The position numbers and the translations under genes were made by a program. The notes beneath the pieces were generated by a model, which saw only the letters and a list, made by a program, of their open reading frames with translations, did not search any database and was not told the DNA's origin. This document shows positions 1 through 12,529 of a stretch of 64,000 nucleotides of DNA, piece by piece. Each line of letters starts with the position of its first letter. Within the stretch, counting starts at the first letter, position 1. The stretch covers positions 166,346,001 to 166,410,000 of the forward strand of contig NC_086100.1 in assembly GCF_963921235.1 (NCBI RefSeq), given 5' to 3'. The stretch is from Mobula hypostoma (taxonomy: Eukaryota).

Positions 1-672
1 GACCCAAGATCCCTCTGTTCCTCCACACTGCCAAGAGTCTTACCATTAATACTATATCCTGGCATCATATTTGACCTACCAAAATGAACCACTTCACACT
101 TCTCTGGGTTGAACTCCATCCGCCACCTCTTAGCCCAGTTTTGCATCCTATCAATGTCTCGCTATAACCTCTGACAACCCTCCACACTATCCACAAAATC
201 TCAAACCTTTGTGTCATCAGCAAACTTACGAACCCATCCCTCCACTTTCTCATCTAGGTCATTTATAAAATTCATAAAATGTAGGGGTCCCAGAACAGAT
301 CCCTGAGGCACACCACTGGTCACCGACCTCCATGCAGAATATGACCCATCTACAACCGCTCTTTGCCTTCTGTGAGCAGGCTAATTCTGGATCCACAAAG
401 CAATGTCCCCTTGGTTCCCATGCCTCCTTACTTTCTCAATAAGCCTTGCATGGGGTACCTTATCAAATGCCTTGCTGAAATCCATATACACCACATCTAC
501 TGCTCTTCCTTCATCAATGTGTTTAGTCACATCCTCAAAAAATTCAATCAGCCTCGTAAGGCACGACCTGCCCTTGACAAAGCCATGCTGACTATTTCTA
601 ATCATATTATACCTCTCCAAACATTCATAAATCCTGCCTCTCAGGATCTTCTCCATCAACTTACCAACCACT
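1..672 (-). mobile_element. CR1-clade LINE, RT fragment, 5'-truncated, runs off the window
   Basis: [40 protein letters not shown] and KFADDTK motifs. Confidence 0.93.
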
Positions 673-700
673 GAAGTAAGTGGTTGGTAAGTTGATGGAG
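651..700. repeat. Perfect 22-bp inverted repeat with a 6-nt loop
   Basis: ctccatcaacttaccaaccact-gaagta-agtggttggtaagttgatggag. Confidence 0.95.
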
Positions 701-1974
701 CTCTTCTCTCATGCCTCTGTAATTCCCTAAATCTAACTCAAATTTGATTAACTAGTACTTAGACATTGACGCCATTCCTGTCATTCTCTTGCATAAAATC
801 TTCTCCAATTCCTGGTGCATTGGTGCTCACTTCACATTTGGGAATGATTTTGTAGGAAGAGGGTTTATGAGGAGAAGTTGGCTGTTGTGTCCAGCACCAC
901 AGCATGTAGCCTGAAAATTTGGAACCAAGCTTTACAGGAGCAAAGTTTGTCTATATAGAATCTGATAGAAATTAGGAACCAAAGAGCATTTAATACCAGG
1001 TTCGTTGTTAGTGTTTTTAAATAAAGGCTGAGGGACTTTATTAGAGTTGTCTGGTAAAGTAGGTATTTGGAGGGTAGTCTCACAGATTGGGTAAGAATAA
1101 TAGTTAATATGCCAAGTGTTCCATAAACCTTTGTTTATTTTCACTTTAATGGATTAAGTTCCCAGGTAGATTTATCAGTTTACTGTGTCTGTTCTGGACT
1201 CCCACAGCTCAGAGCATCTCCATATCTACTCCTGCTAGACCCTAACTAACTTGAAGACCTCATCAAGTCACTAAGCCTTCTGGAGGGATCTAGCAAGGTG
1301 AAGCCTAAACAAGAAACAATTTCCATTTAACTCTTTTGTTTACAAAAAAAATTTTGGAGATTATTTTCTTTCTGAACAATTTTAATCTTCAGCGTTGTTA
1401 GTGCAGACATAGACAATGTATTCACTAAACTGAAAAGATAAATGCTCAGTCCCATAACTGGCTCCTCAGTTAGGGCAAAAATATATTGAAAATCAATCCC
1501 ATAAGATACTGACAGCAACTTCAGGATTTCTATAAATATGGAATTGAATGTGAGAATCCCAGTTATCCATTACCGGCTCAGCATTCCTGTACAGATCACA
1601 GTTTACAGTGTCTTCACTAGAATAAATAGAGATTCATTATAATATCATGAAATTAAGCTTTTACAAACTACTATACTCTAGATAAATCTTACGCTTTGCA
1701 GCATTCAAACGAGTATTTTTTTAAATGGCACTCTCATCTTTGATTAGTATCTCCTCTGGCTACACACATTAAGTTGTGCATGTGGATTCTGATTCCCATA
1801 GAAACTTATCCTTTGGAAGCATTAAACTGTGTTTAGTTCCAAAGGAAAGTCAAACAGAATTTCAGAAGACAAGTTTATCACTGATGCTCTTCAGTTCATT
1901 TGTAGAACACCAAACCAGGGTAAACTTTAATTCCAGTGGGATTTATTGTCTGGCATCTGAAAGCTTGATCAAAG

Positions 1975-2505
1975 AGTCATAGAACACTGCAGCACAGAAA
2001 TGGCCCTTCAGCCCATCTAGTCTGTGCCAAGCTATTAATCTGCCTAGCCCGATCGACCTGTAGCCAGAGTATAGCCCTCATTTCTCCTCCCATCCATGCA
2101 CCTATCCAAATTTCTCTTAAATATTGAAATTGAACCTGCGACTAGCAGTTCCGTAGGCAGCTTTTTCCACACCCTCACCATCTTGAGTGAAGTTCCCCCT
2201 CACGTTCCCCTTAAACATTTCATCTTTCACACTTAAACCATGACATCAAGTTCTAGTCTTACCCAACCTCAGTAGAAAAAGCCTATCTATACCCCTCCCA
2301 CCTCATAATTTTGTATATCTCTATGAAATCTCCCCTCATTCTCCTACACTCTAGGGAATACGGTCCTAGCCTACTCAACCTTTCCCTATAACTCAGGACC
2401 TGGGAACATACTTGTAAATTTTCTGTGCACTCTTAAAGTTATTGATGTTTTTCATGTAGGTAGGTGACCAGAACTACACACAATACTCCAAATTCAGCCT
2501 CACCA
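1975..2505 (-). mobile_element. CR1 LINE 3' end
   Basis: Same 3' UTR/ORF2 end as the other CR1 copies (ggcccttcagccca..., caatactccaa). Confidence 0.8.
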
Positions 2506-3107
2506 AAAAGTAGGTTTTAGAGAGACAGTGTAATATAGAACTTCTATACAGATTATGTTGAGGATAATCAGGTTGTAAACTACAGTTTTATAATAAAGGC
2601 AACACTGCATCTCTTCATAGAATAACAGGTTCTTCCTTTCTATTCCGCTCTTTCAACTCCAATTAGACGTCCCCCCCCCATCTCTGTATTCCAAAGAAAA
2701 TCATCGCAGCCCAATCAGACTCACTTCATAACTAGAATTCCCCATCCTTGTAATACCTTTCTGCAGAGGCCGTCACCAGATTACGTGTTGGACACTACAT
2801 GATGTCATCTGTTTTCTTTTGTACAATTATGCCAAATTAATTAAACTAATGACATTTAATCCCTTATTCCTGCACAATGTCCTATCCCCTCTATTCTCTG
2901 CACATTCATCTGCCTGAGATCCTCTTGAAAGCGTCCACTGTATTCTGCCCCCTCCAGCACTCCTGGCAGTGCAGTCCAGACACCCACCATCATTTGATTA
3001 CATTTCAATTACTTCACTGTGACAGTGACAGATCTTAATGATCATTTGTTTATCTTTTTTTTAAAAAACCTTGCACTGATATCCGTCAATATACCAAAAG
3101 GAATTTT

Positions 3108-3113
3108 TTTATT
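3108..3113 (-). terminator. Candidate AATAAA polyadenylation signal for the tetraspanin (alternatives at 1942-1947, 1134-1139, 1037-1042)
   Basis: First canonical AATAAA I noticed downstream of the stop, in non-repetitive AT-rich sequence; no transcript evidence. Confidence 0.25.
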
Positions 3114-3639
3114 ATTTCAAAGTTGATTACCAACATCCACAAACGATACGATGTCTCGATGAAACAGCACCTTCTCCCGCTGTGAATCTCACTAGTGTTC
3201 ACAGATTACAATGATCTGAGCTGTAACTCCTGTGCAGGAGCAAGACAATCCCAGCATCATCTTCCCACCAATTTCCATGCAACGTTGCTCAAGCTGCAGA
3301 TTAAGCATGCTGATTAGGCATCAAATGTACTGAAGCTGGGTGCAAGCAGAATTAACAAGGTGCTAGAAGAAAACTGTCTTAGACACAATAATACTGAATA
3401 TTTACCACGGGGAGAACTCATTCCTTTTACAATGAGTCCTTGCTACCAGTTCAGATTATATACAAGAGAGACCATTGTCATACCGGGAATGCCTGAAGGA
3501 ACAAAACAGCCAAGAAACTAAAGATCAATTTGACACGAAACGTAATGTACAAATTCTGCCTGTACTTCAGAGCTTTACCGTCATAATATTTATAATTATA
3601 CATCTTTGTGTTTCTGTTGGAACTCATTTTGTGCTTCAA

Positions 3640-3880
3640 GAACAATAAAAGAAAAACTGCTGGAGGAACTCAATGGGTTGAGTATCATATACGGAGGCAA
3701 ACGGTTGGCCAAACTTTTGGACCAAGATCCTGCATCAGGGCTGAAAGTGTAGAGGGAAGATGTCCTGTATAGACGGAGGCTGGTAGGTGACAGGTGAATG
3801 AGATAAGGGAGGTCAGATGGATGGATGAAACTGGGCGGGGGGTGGGGGAGATCGGAAAGATTTCTGCATGACTTAGATGA
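3640..3880 (-). mobile_element. Penelope-like element 3' remnant
   Basis: ctgctggaggaactca... terminus and a decayed hammerhead (CTGATGCAGGATCTTGGTCCAAAA). Confidence 0.6.
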
Positions 3881-3924
3881 GGAAGTGGATAGTCCATCAA
3901 ATAATATGAAGGCTGGTGATGTAG

Positions 3925-4960
3925 TGGATCGTGTAGTGATGGGCTGAGATGTGGCAAATGAAGTTCCATCCAAAAAAAAGCATGAAGTGATGCACTTCGG
4001 AAAGTCGAACTTACAGGGGTTAATGCAACACACACACACAATGCTGGAGGAACTCAGCAGGCCAGGCAGAATCTATAGAAAAGGGTAAACAGTCGATGTT
4101 TCGGGTCGAGATGCCAACTGTTTACTCTTTTCCATAGATGCTGCCCAGCCTGCTGAGTTCTTCCCGCATTCTGTGTGTGTTGCTTTGTATTTCCAGCATC
4201 TGCAGATTTTCTCACGTTTGTGATTCTATTACAGGGTTAATGGCAGGATTCTTAGCAGTGTGGAGGAACAGAGGGATCTATGGATGCACGTCCATTGAAC
4301 TCCAAAGCTGACACTCACTCGAGTTGATATGGTGGTTAAAAGGGCATATGGCGTGTTGGTCTTCATTAGTTAGGGGACTGAGTTCAAGAGCCATGAGGTA
4401 ATGTTGCAGCTTTATGAAACTCTGGTTAGAACACAACTTGAGCATTGTGTTCACAGTTCTGGTCACTGTATTGTAGGAAGGATATTGAAGCTTCAGAGAG
4501 AATGCAGACAAGATTTACCAGGATGCTGCCTGGATTAGAGCACATTCTTATCAGCAGGCTTAAGCTTTTTCCTTTGGAGAGAAAGGGGATGAGAGGTGGG
4601 GTGATAGAGGCGTATAAAATGATAAAAAGCATTGACAGAGTGGAAGCCAGACCCTTTTTCCCCTGGCCAGAAATGGTTAATATGAGAGGGCATAACTTTA
4701 GGGCGACTTGGAGGCAAGTTAAGGGAGGATGTCAGAGGTAGTATTTTTTTTTCCATATTTAGTGATGGATGTGTGGAACGTGCTCCCAGGAGTGGTGGAA
4801 GAGGCAGATGCATTAGAGACAATTAAGAGATTCATAGATAGGCACATGGATGAAAGAAAGATGGAGAGGTATGCAGGAGGGAAGTGTTATAGTGATCCAA
4901 GTTAAAAGGTCAGCACAACGTCACGCGCTGAAGGGAATGTAATGTGCTGAACTATTCTAC
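3925..4960 (+). mobile_element. CR1 LINE 3' portion, interrupted by a PLE insertion at 4026-4228
   Basis: EVMHFG, CSQFWS..RKDIEASERMQTRFTRMLPGL and RGHNF motifs; CR1 3' UTR. Confidence 0.88.
4026..4228. mobile_element. Penelope-type fold-back insertion with inverted terminal segments
   Basis: ~60-bp imperfect inverted arms; flanked by ttacagg(g)gttaatg at 4011-4025 and 4229-4242 (TSD). Confidence 0.8.
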
Positions 4961-4969
4961 ATTCGATGT

Positions 4970-5172
4970 CAAACCCAGCTTGATTGATAAGTGGGTGATG
5001 GGCAGGGAAATCCGGATGGGAGTGGTTGGTGGATCTCCATAATGAAGTGGGTAGAAATGAGATAGACTGTGGGTGGACTTTTGGGAATGGGAAAGGAACA
5101 CAAGTCTGTAAGTTAAATGAAATCGGAAAATTCAATGTCCATACCATTAGGCTGCAGGCAACACAGCCGAGA
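4970..5172 (-). mobile_element. Penelope GIY-YIG C-terminal remnant
   Basis: Degenerate LQPNGMDIEFSDF-like end shared with the PLE copies at 62 and 63 kb. Confidence 0.55.
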
Positions 5173-5847
5173 TTCAAGTTCAAATCACTGCCACAATTGC
5201 AGAGATGGGCAAAATTCAGCCATCGACTTCTTTGTCAAAGCCTTTTAGTTCAGTTTGCTTCCCAGAAAACAGCCGTTTAGACTCAAATTCCAAGAAGTTT
5301 TGAATATTAAGGACTGAGGGTTCACTGAAGTAAGATGTTGTAGACATAGGGATTACAACAGACAGCTCCTGACACAATGGCCTCCTGCATTACAGATCAT
5401 CGAATCAAATCCATATTTTTATATTATGAGGGAATATTCACAAGGTGAGGGAAGAATGGTGTTTCCTGTGGTTGATCCAATGCAGGGAGGGATTAAATCT
5501 ACATGTGAGAATCTTGGACCCTCCTCAGCTGAAACAACACTCAACAGCAGTGTCCACACACAACACTGCAGAAAGAGAGACAGGCTGGTAGTGCGCCATC
5601 TCATTGTGAGTCTCCTTGTGGCAGTTTGTGAGCAGGTACAGACGCCATATTCTCCACTACAATCACATTTTGTGAAGGCTGGTCAGGCAGCGTAAGGGTG
5701 GGAGAGAAACACCGATTTCTGGAATGTTCAGGTGCGTCACTCCCTCCCGCTCCCCCGACCCTCGTTCTGGAAAACCTTCTGGTTCAGCACACTGCTGACA
5801 GTCCAAGGGCGGCTGTGTTTCCTGCCGCAGTACAGTCTAAAACAGAG

Positions 5848-5913
5848 TCACCAGCTGGCCTTAACCGCTTCGATGTCACTGACCAAGTTCTGAGACAGGC
5901 AGATGCCAAAAAT
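5848..5913 (-). CDS. TSPAN5/TSPAN17: Tetraspanin last coding exon: IFGICLSQNLVSDIEAVKASW*
   Basis: 66 nt; polypyrimidine tract plus cAG acceptor; TGA stop at 5850-5848. Confidence 0.96.
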   Translation of the reverse strand: MFGICLSQNLVSDIEAVKASW

Positions 5914-6810
5914 CTGAGGGGTGGAGAGAGAGAAGACAAAGTTTCAGGCAAACATGAATGTTACAGTCGTTTGAAGAAAAAGCAACTGACCTCTGGTTGA
6001 AGGCATTTCTCCTGAATTTTCTATTTGGTTTTAAGATCCCGTTTCTGTTTTTGCCACCAAGTAAAAACACCTTACATTGATACAACTAATTCCCTTGAAA
6101 GACCACAATCATGTGGACTTTTACTTTCTAGAAAGCCCCAATCCTTTCTCATTGTCCAGCAATGAAAATAAGAAGGTATCCTTGCCCCTATTCTACATGG
6201 GTTTTGTAGGAGTTAGTGAACTGGCCCAAATTCATCAGCATCTCCTTTCTGCCCAGCCTTCAGCATTGTGCTGGGGTCTGTTCAAGTGATTAATTTTCTA
6301 GGCAGTAGCAGCAATTTAGCAAAAAAAAATCAACCGTATGGCATGGGAGAGCTGCTGAGGGACTGGTTGCTCACAGATTGAAGCTTAATGCAGCATTCTG
6401 CACACAGCCACATCTTAAAGTGCACATCACATGGAGCCTTGGTTCCTTTGTGAAGCACAGGGTTCATGCAAGCCCAACAGCTTGTCAGATTCTGTACACA
6501 GGCAGAGAGGCAGATGCACAGATAGGTGTGCGCGTGCGCACACACACACAAAGAAGTTTGCCAGGTTCCTGGCATTTATTTATACCAGTGTTACCCACAA
6601 GTGAGGTCCTAGCAAACTGGAAGGTGGCTAATTTTATTCCTTATTTAAAGAGGGCTTCAAGTACCAGCCAGGCTAGTGAGCACAAACATCAGCAGTAGCA
6701 CCATCAGACAGACAGACACACAAACACACACACACACGATGGTGAGGCTTTGGAATTCTCCTCTTAGGGAGCTGTGAGAATACAATCTGAATACATACAA
6801 GAGGAGTGAC

Positions 6811-6902
6811 ATACACAAAATGCTGGAGGAACTCAGCAGGCCAGGCAGCATCTATGGAAAAGAGCATAGTCAGCGTCTCAGGCCGAGACCCTTCGGCAGG
6901 AC
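6811..6902 (-). mobile_element. Short Penelope terminal fragment with a decayed hammerhead
   Basis: Family terminus; probable TSD acatac(a/g)agagga at 6793-6805 and 6901-6913. Confidence 0.75.
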
Positions 6903-7489
6903 ATACGAGAGGATACTGTCAGACACTTCAATCACAATGAATCAAGGGGTACGTGAAGAGAGTGGGGAAGTGGTGTTGGGGTCTAGATTTGAATGGCCGT
7001 TATCTTACTGGATGATGAAGCAGAAATGGTGAGGTAAGTCGTGGTTCTGCTTTTGACCAATGTTGGGCAAGGTGCTTGGGAAGATTTCCTCTCACCTTCC
7101 GCAGCCTGCCTCTGAATCTTTTATCTCAAATTAAGAAAGCAGGTGAGAGCACTTTAAACAACGACAACTGGTAGACATCAGCGCCCCCACTGAGGAAGGA
7201 CAATACCTCTCCTCTGTTGTGGTTATCCCACTCCCTCCAAAACTAACCTTTCGGGGCACAACTACCTCCAAGGCCAGAGGTACAATTCAACAAGTAAAGG
7301 TGACAAGATAAAGTGAAAAACCTCAATCTTCTTGGAGCACAAACTGCTCCCTGACTAAATGAAAATAAACAAATTACAATCTGCATCAGTCTCTGATATG
7401 ATGGTCTGATGTGGCAATTCAAATGCTTTGTTTTGTTTCGCTGTATACATGTAGATGTATGGCTAAATGACAATTAACTTGAACTTGAA

Positions 7490-7960
7490 GGTGCAGGAAC
7501 GTAAACGCTGCAGAGAGCAGAGGAGTCAGACCAGTGCTTCGTGGGCACATCCCTTTCCACCAATGGATGTGCTGCCTTCAAGAAGGCAACATCCATCAAA
7601 GAACCCTACCATCTGGGCCATGCCACCTTCTTGCAGCTACCATTGGGAAGGAGGTACAGAAGCCTGAAGTCCACTCCACCAAGATGAAGAACATCTACTT
7701 CCCTTCAATCAGTTGGTTCTTGAACCACCCAGCAAAACCCTTATCACTACAGTTTAGCAACTCTATGATCACTTTGATCCCTTTGCACTAAAATGTATAT
7801 TATTTGTTTGAATTTTGTGCAATCTATGTTTTAACGGTTAATGAATTAATGGCTTTTCTAGTGAATGCTATGTGCCTGCAATGCTGCTCTAAGCACGTCT
7901 TTCATTGCACCTCTGCATACGTGTACTTGTGCGTATGACAAAGAAATTGACTTTGACTTT
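7490..7960 (+). mobile_element. Rex1/Babar-type LINE 3' end
   Basis: IKEPYHLGH..LPLGRRYRSL-like C-terminus and (gacttt)n tail. Confidence 0.75.
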
Positions 7961-8039
7961 AAACAGGGCATACTTATACACTGAGGACAGCACTAAGAAC
8001 TCCTGTGTTGGCTCAGCAGAATCAGGTCACAGCACAAGC

Positions 8040-8270
8040 CCATAAGACATAGAAACTGAACTGGCCCATTAAATCTGCTCCACCATTCAATCGTGTCTCT
8101 CTCAAACCCATTCTCCTGCCTTCTCCTCATAAACTTTGACCACCTTTTCTTATCATAAACCAATCAACCTGCACTTTAAATATACTCAATGACTTGGCCT
8201 CCACAGCTGTCTGTGGCAATGAATTACACGGATTTATCAACTTCTAGCTAAAGAAATTTCTCCTCACCCT
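8040..8270 (-). mobile_element. CR1 3' end fragment
   Basis: Shared 3' UTR (ccattctcctgccttctcc..., aagaaatttctcctc). Confidence 0.75.
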
Positions 8271-8295
8271 TGCTGGTATATTTCTGAGCTACATA

Positions 8296-8882
8296 CAGGT
8301 GTCCCCCGGTTTACAAAAGTTTGCTTCACACCACTTCACTTTTACGAAAGACCTACACTAGTACCTGTTTTTGCTAACCGAAAGAAATCTGAAAAAGATT
8401 TTCACTTTTACAAAAAAAGGCGCCCACTTTGAACTTGTGTTTAACCCGAGAAAGACTACCATGACCGTGAAGCCTTGCACGGGCAGGTGTGTGCGCATGT
8501 GCGTACGTGCCGATTTTTTTTCTACAAATCATTTTTTGGCTAAATCTTCCCGATTCTGGTAAGTGAAACTACACTGTACATTCATTATTTCTACTTTATA
8601 TAAAAAAAAAGGCGCCTGCTTTAAACCTGTGTTTACCCTGCGAAAGACTACAATGACCATGAAGCCTTGCGCGGGCAGGTGTGTGCGCATGCGTGTACGT
8701 GCCATTTTTTTTTAGGTTTTATGTGCTATTTGGTATGATTTGGTAGGTCATTTTTTGTGTCTGGGAACGCTCAAAAATTTCTCCCATAAAAATTAATGGT
8801 AACTGCTTCTTCACTTTATGCCATTTCGGCTTACGAAAGGTTTCATAGGAACGCTCTAATTTCGGGTAGCGGGGGAAACCTG
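8296..8882. mobile_element. Tigger/pogo-like (Tc1/mariner superfamily) non-autonomous DNA transposon, 587 bp
   Basis: TA|CAGGTGTCCCCCG ... CGGGGGAAACCTG|TA: TIRs with a TA TSD; internal ~110-bp direct duplication. Confidence 0.85.
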
Positions 8883-9211
8883 TACTAGTAAGTTTCAAAG
8901 CCTGAATGACAAAACTACATTAATAGATAATGTGCAACCCAGTCCTTCCCGCATATAGGAACTGTAAAACCTTACAAAATTAAGGTCATTTATAAGTGAC
9001 AAGGAAATGATTTGATGTTATCTAACCACAGGGATGTTATCTTGCACTACCCAGATACCAGGGGAGGTTGTTTTCCTTTCCAGATGTTCCAATTAAATTA
9101 ATGTGAAAAATATTATCAGTGTAAATTATGCAACATTGGAATTAACTTTTTCTAGAAGAGTCACACACAGCTACAAATCAATGGCAACAAACTGTGACTG
9201 CATATCAGCTG

Positions 9212-9740
9212 TCACACACAAAGCACTGGAGGGATTCAGTGGGTTGGGCAGCACCTGCCTAGGGAAATGGACAGTCGGTGTTTCGAGTTGAGACCCATCA
9301 TCTGGACTGGAAAAAGATAGTCAGCAAAATAAAAGGGTTTTGGGGAAAGGGGTGGAGCAAGAGATGGCAGGCAAAAGGTGGATCCAGGTGAGCAGAGTGA
9401 TTGGCAGGTGGAAGGGAGGAGCCTGGGCACAATGTGAGAAACTGGGAGGTGATAGGTGGAAGGTGGAGCATAGATTTAAAGACAGGAAGGTGGGGAGGGG
9501 AACCAGTGGGGGGGAATGTGTGGGCGATAGACAGATGGAGAAGAAAGAGATTGGGTGATGAAGGCCACCGGGATCAGAAGAGAGAAAAAGAAAAAAAGGA
9601 AAAAGGGACAGAGGGTAGTGGGTGCCAGAAATCAATGGTCATGCCTCTAGGCTGGGTCAGCCCACATGGATTAAGTGGAATATTCCTCTGATTAGCACTT
9701 AACCTTAACCTGGCACTGAAGGAGGCCGAGGACAGACTCC
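9212..9740 (-). mobile_element. Penelope-like element 3' region
   Basis: Family terminus, decayed hammerhead at 9272-9309, pyrimidine-rich UTR, trace of the GIY-YIG end. Confidence 0.7.
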
Positions 9741-9825
9741 ATCACAAATCAGCCCCCATATCGTACAGTTGGAGGGTTAGCAAACATGATGTGATGCCAA
9801 AGCACAGGCAGAACTAACTGCAAAA

Positions 9826-10025
9826 GAGTGGCACAGTGAGTTAAGTCACTGCCTCACCATGCCGGAGGCTCGGGTTCAAATCCGACTCCAGGTACTGTCT
9901 GTGTGGAGTTTGCACTTTCTCCCCGTGACCACTGGTATCCTCCAGGTGCTCCAGTTTCCTCCAACATCCCAAGGAATGCAATTGGAAGGTTAAATGGCTG
10001 CTGTTAATAGCACCCAGTAAGTGGT
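9826..10025 (+). mobile_element. tRNA-derived V-SINE
   Basis: A box-like tggcacagtgag, B box ggttcaaatcc, V-core gtttgcactttctccccgtg...gtttcctcc. Confidence 0.8.
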
Positions 10026-10331
10026 AGAGTCTTTCTGGCAATGTAGGAAGAATTACAGGGAAGTAGTTTTGCTCTGTGAATCAGTGGGTTTCTCATATAC
10101 CGTAATAAAGTCCAAACAGTTGATCAAAAGAAAGATGACAAAGAACATCTCGAAGAGGTGATGCAGGGGTTTGGGGTTAGACTCCCAGAGAGTAGGCCTT
10201 GACCCCAACAGTAGAACAATGGAAACCAGGTGGGGCACTGCTCAGAGGGATGTATGGTTGGGAAATGTTTCAGAGATTGAGTAGACTATGGTAAGGTTCG
10301 AATGCTAGGAAAATACAGAAATAACTCTCAC

Positions 10332-10448
10332 CTGCAATAATGCAATTCCAATAAATATTCCAGCAACTACTGTCAAGTTCTCCTGCAGCCACTTCTCAAA
10401 CTGCCCTACGCAGCCTTTAGTGTAGATATAATTCTGTTGCTCAAGGAC
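10332..10448 (-). CDS. TSPAN5/TSPAN17: Tetraspanin exon 7: VLEQQNYIYTKGCVGQFEKWLQENLTVVAGIFIGIALLQ
   Basis: 117 nt; tacAG/GTGAG; GC motif and TM4. Confidence 0.96.
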
Positions 10449-10754
10449 CTGTAAGGAGAAGAGCACACTAGATGAAGCATTTATAAAGTTCCAGGGAAAT
10501 TGCTGCGTGCGAGTTCTCCACGGTCATGTGTACTAATGTCTGAGAGATTAACGACTGTGTTTTGTAATGTCTTTTACCGAAGACAGGGTTCTAAATAAGT
10601 CCCAATCACTTCCAACGATCTGCTCCATTGTTCAATTACCAGACAGCTCCCACTCAACAGGGTTTTCTGGAATTACCAGATAGAGCCACCTGAAGTGTCT
10701 GCACTCTAACTGAATCTCCCACACATGCAGTTAAGTGTGACGTACTGCATTTTA

Positions 10755-11497
10755 GAACAAGGGACATACAACACAGTACCAGTCCTTCAACCCAAGATGC
10801 TGTGCTAACCTTTCAACATATAGCAAGATTAATCTAATCCTTCCTGCCCACATAGCCCTCTTTTTCTTTCATCCAAGAGTCTCTTAAACGTTCCCACCCC
10901 TCCCATACTTACCTCCAATCATCTTAAAAGGATGCTCTCTCATATTAGCCATTGCCATCTTAGGAAAAAGGTGCTGACGGTCCACTCGGTCTAGCCTCTT
11001 ATCTTCTACACCTCTATCAAGTCTCTTCTCATCCTCCACTGTCCCAGCTCACTGGACCTTTCCTCTGATCCAGGCAGCATCCCCGTTAACCTCCTCTGCA
11101 CCCTCTCAAAAGCTCTCAAATGCTTCCTAAAATGAGGTGTCCAGAACTGAATACATGTGATCTAACCAGAGTTTTATAGAGCTGCAACATTATCTCGCAG
11201 CTCTTGAACTCAATCCCTGACTAAAGAAGACCCACACAGTTTCTTAACCACCCTCTCAACTTATGTGGCAAATCTGAGGCATCTGCGGACATGGAACACA
11301 AGACCCTTCTGTTCCTCCACACTGTTAAGAACCCTGCCATTGACTTGTACTCTGCCTTCAAGTTTGACATTCCAAAATGTATCACTTCACACTTGTCTGG
11401 ATTGAACTCCATCTGCCACTTCTCAGCCCAGCTCTGCATCCTATCAGGGTACCACTGTAATCCAAGACCACCTCCGGCACTATCCACAATGCCACCA
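10755..11497 (-). mobile_element. CR1 LINE 3' portion
   Basis: WAEKWQMEFNPDKCEVIHFG; CR1 3' UTR. Confidence 0.87.
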
Positions 11498-12275
11498 ATG
11501 AAGCGAGTGTCATTTTGGGAAGTCAGGTGATGGTAAGACTTGCACAGTGAGCTCTAGGGTTCTATGTTGTGCTGTAGAGCAGACAGATCTCAGAGTAAAG
11601 TACACGGTACTTTGACAGCAGCATTGCAGGCAGACAGGTAGGAAAGACAGCTTTCAGCACACAGATCCTCATCAGGCAGAGCTTTGACTACAGAAGTTAG
11701 GAATGTTATTTTGCAGCTGTTGAAGGCAGTGGTGAGGTTGGAGCTGGAATACTGTGTTCAGTTTTGATCACCCTGCTATAGGAAAGGTGCCTTTAATCTG
11801 GAAAAAGTGCAGGGGAGATTTACGAGGATGTTGCTGGTCTCAAGGAACTGAGTTACTGAGAGCGGTTGAGCAGGTTGGAACTTCTTTTTCCCCCATTGGA
11901 GCACAGGAAAATGAGCAGTAATCTTATAGATGCATAAAATCATGAGAGGATGCAGATAGGGTGAATGCATTCCCCCCCCCCCGGCCCCCAGGGATAGGAA
12001 ATCAAGAACTAGAGGGCGTAGGTTTTAGCTGAAAAGGGAGAGGTTTACTAGGAACCTGAAGGGCAACGTTTTCTGCCAGAGAGTGGTCAGTATGTGGAAT
12101 GAGCTGCCAGAGGAAGTGATTTAAGCATGTACACTAACAACATTTAAAATATACCTGGACACAGAAATAGGTGGGAAAGGTATATATGGGCCAAACATGG
12201 GCAACTAGGATTAGCTTAGATGGGAATCTAGTTTGGCACGGATCAGCTGTGCCAAAGATCCTGTTTTCATACTGG
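11498..12275 (+). mobile_element. CR1 LINE 3' portion, head-to-head with the previous copy
   Basis: LEYCVQF*SPCYRK..LEKVQGRFTRML and RTRG motifs; 3' UTR. Confidence 0.85.
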
Positions 12276-12366
12276 AAGACACACAGAAACCTACAGTGAA
12301 CTTTAAAGAACCTATTCATCTAGTTTTTTTTTAAAGTACTCGATTGTCTCCTTTCTTCACACTCAC

Positions 12367-12414
12367 CTCTTTCGATCTCACATCATACCCACACTGGGTG
12401 TTAATGACATCTTC
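12367..12414 (-). CDS. TSPAN5/TSPAN17: Tetraspanin exon 6: EDVINTQCGYDVRSKE
   Basis: 48 nt; tttAG/GTGAGT; translated by hand (too short for the ORF track). Confidence 0.95.
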
Positions 12415-12529
12415 CTAAAGAAAGAAGGTAATGACACAAAACAATTAGCCAATGTTGACATTGTTGGGTAACTTATAGAAGATTCTATCAACCTGTGTGT
12501 GCAGACAACAACCTGCAAATCTGCTTGCA

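Noticed and set aside
1801-2802. Exon-like + strand segments (1801-1920; 2767-2802 reading RPSPDYVLDTT*) of a possible convergent neighbour gene
   Set aside because: No recognisable protein similarity (not the RAP1GDS1 C-terminus as recalled); the splice signals could be chance
7179-7195. CTCF-like motif cagcgcccccactgagg
   Set aside because: Mismatch at the conserved core position; not supportable from sequence alone
9826-9895. tRNA-like A/B boxes here and at other SINE heads
   Set aside because: They continue into the V-SINE core; no intact cloverleaf
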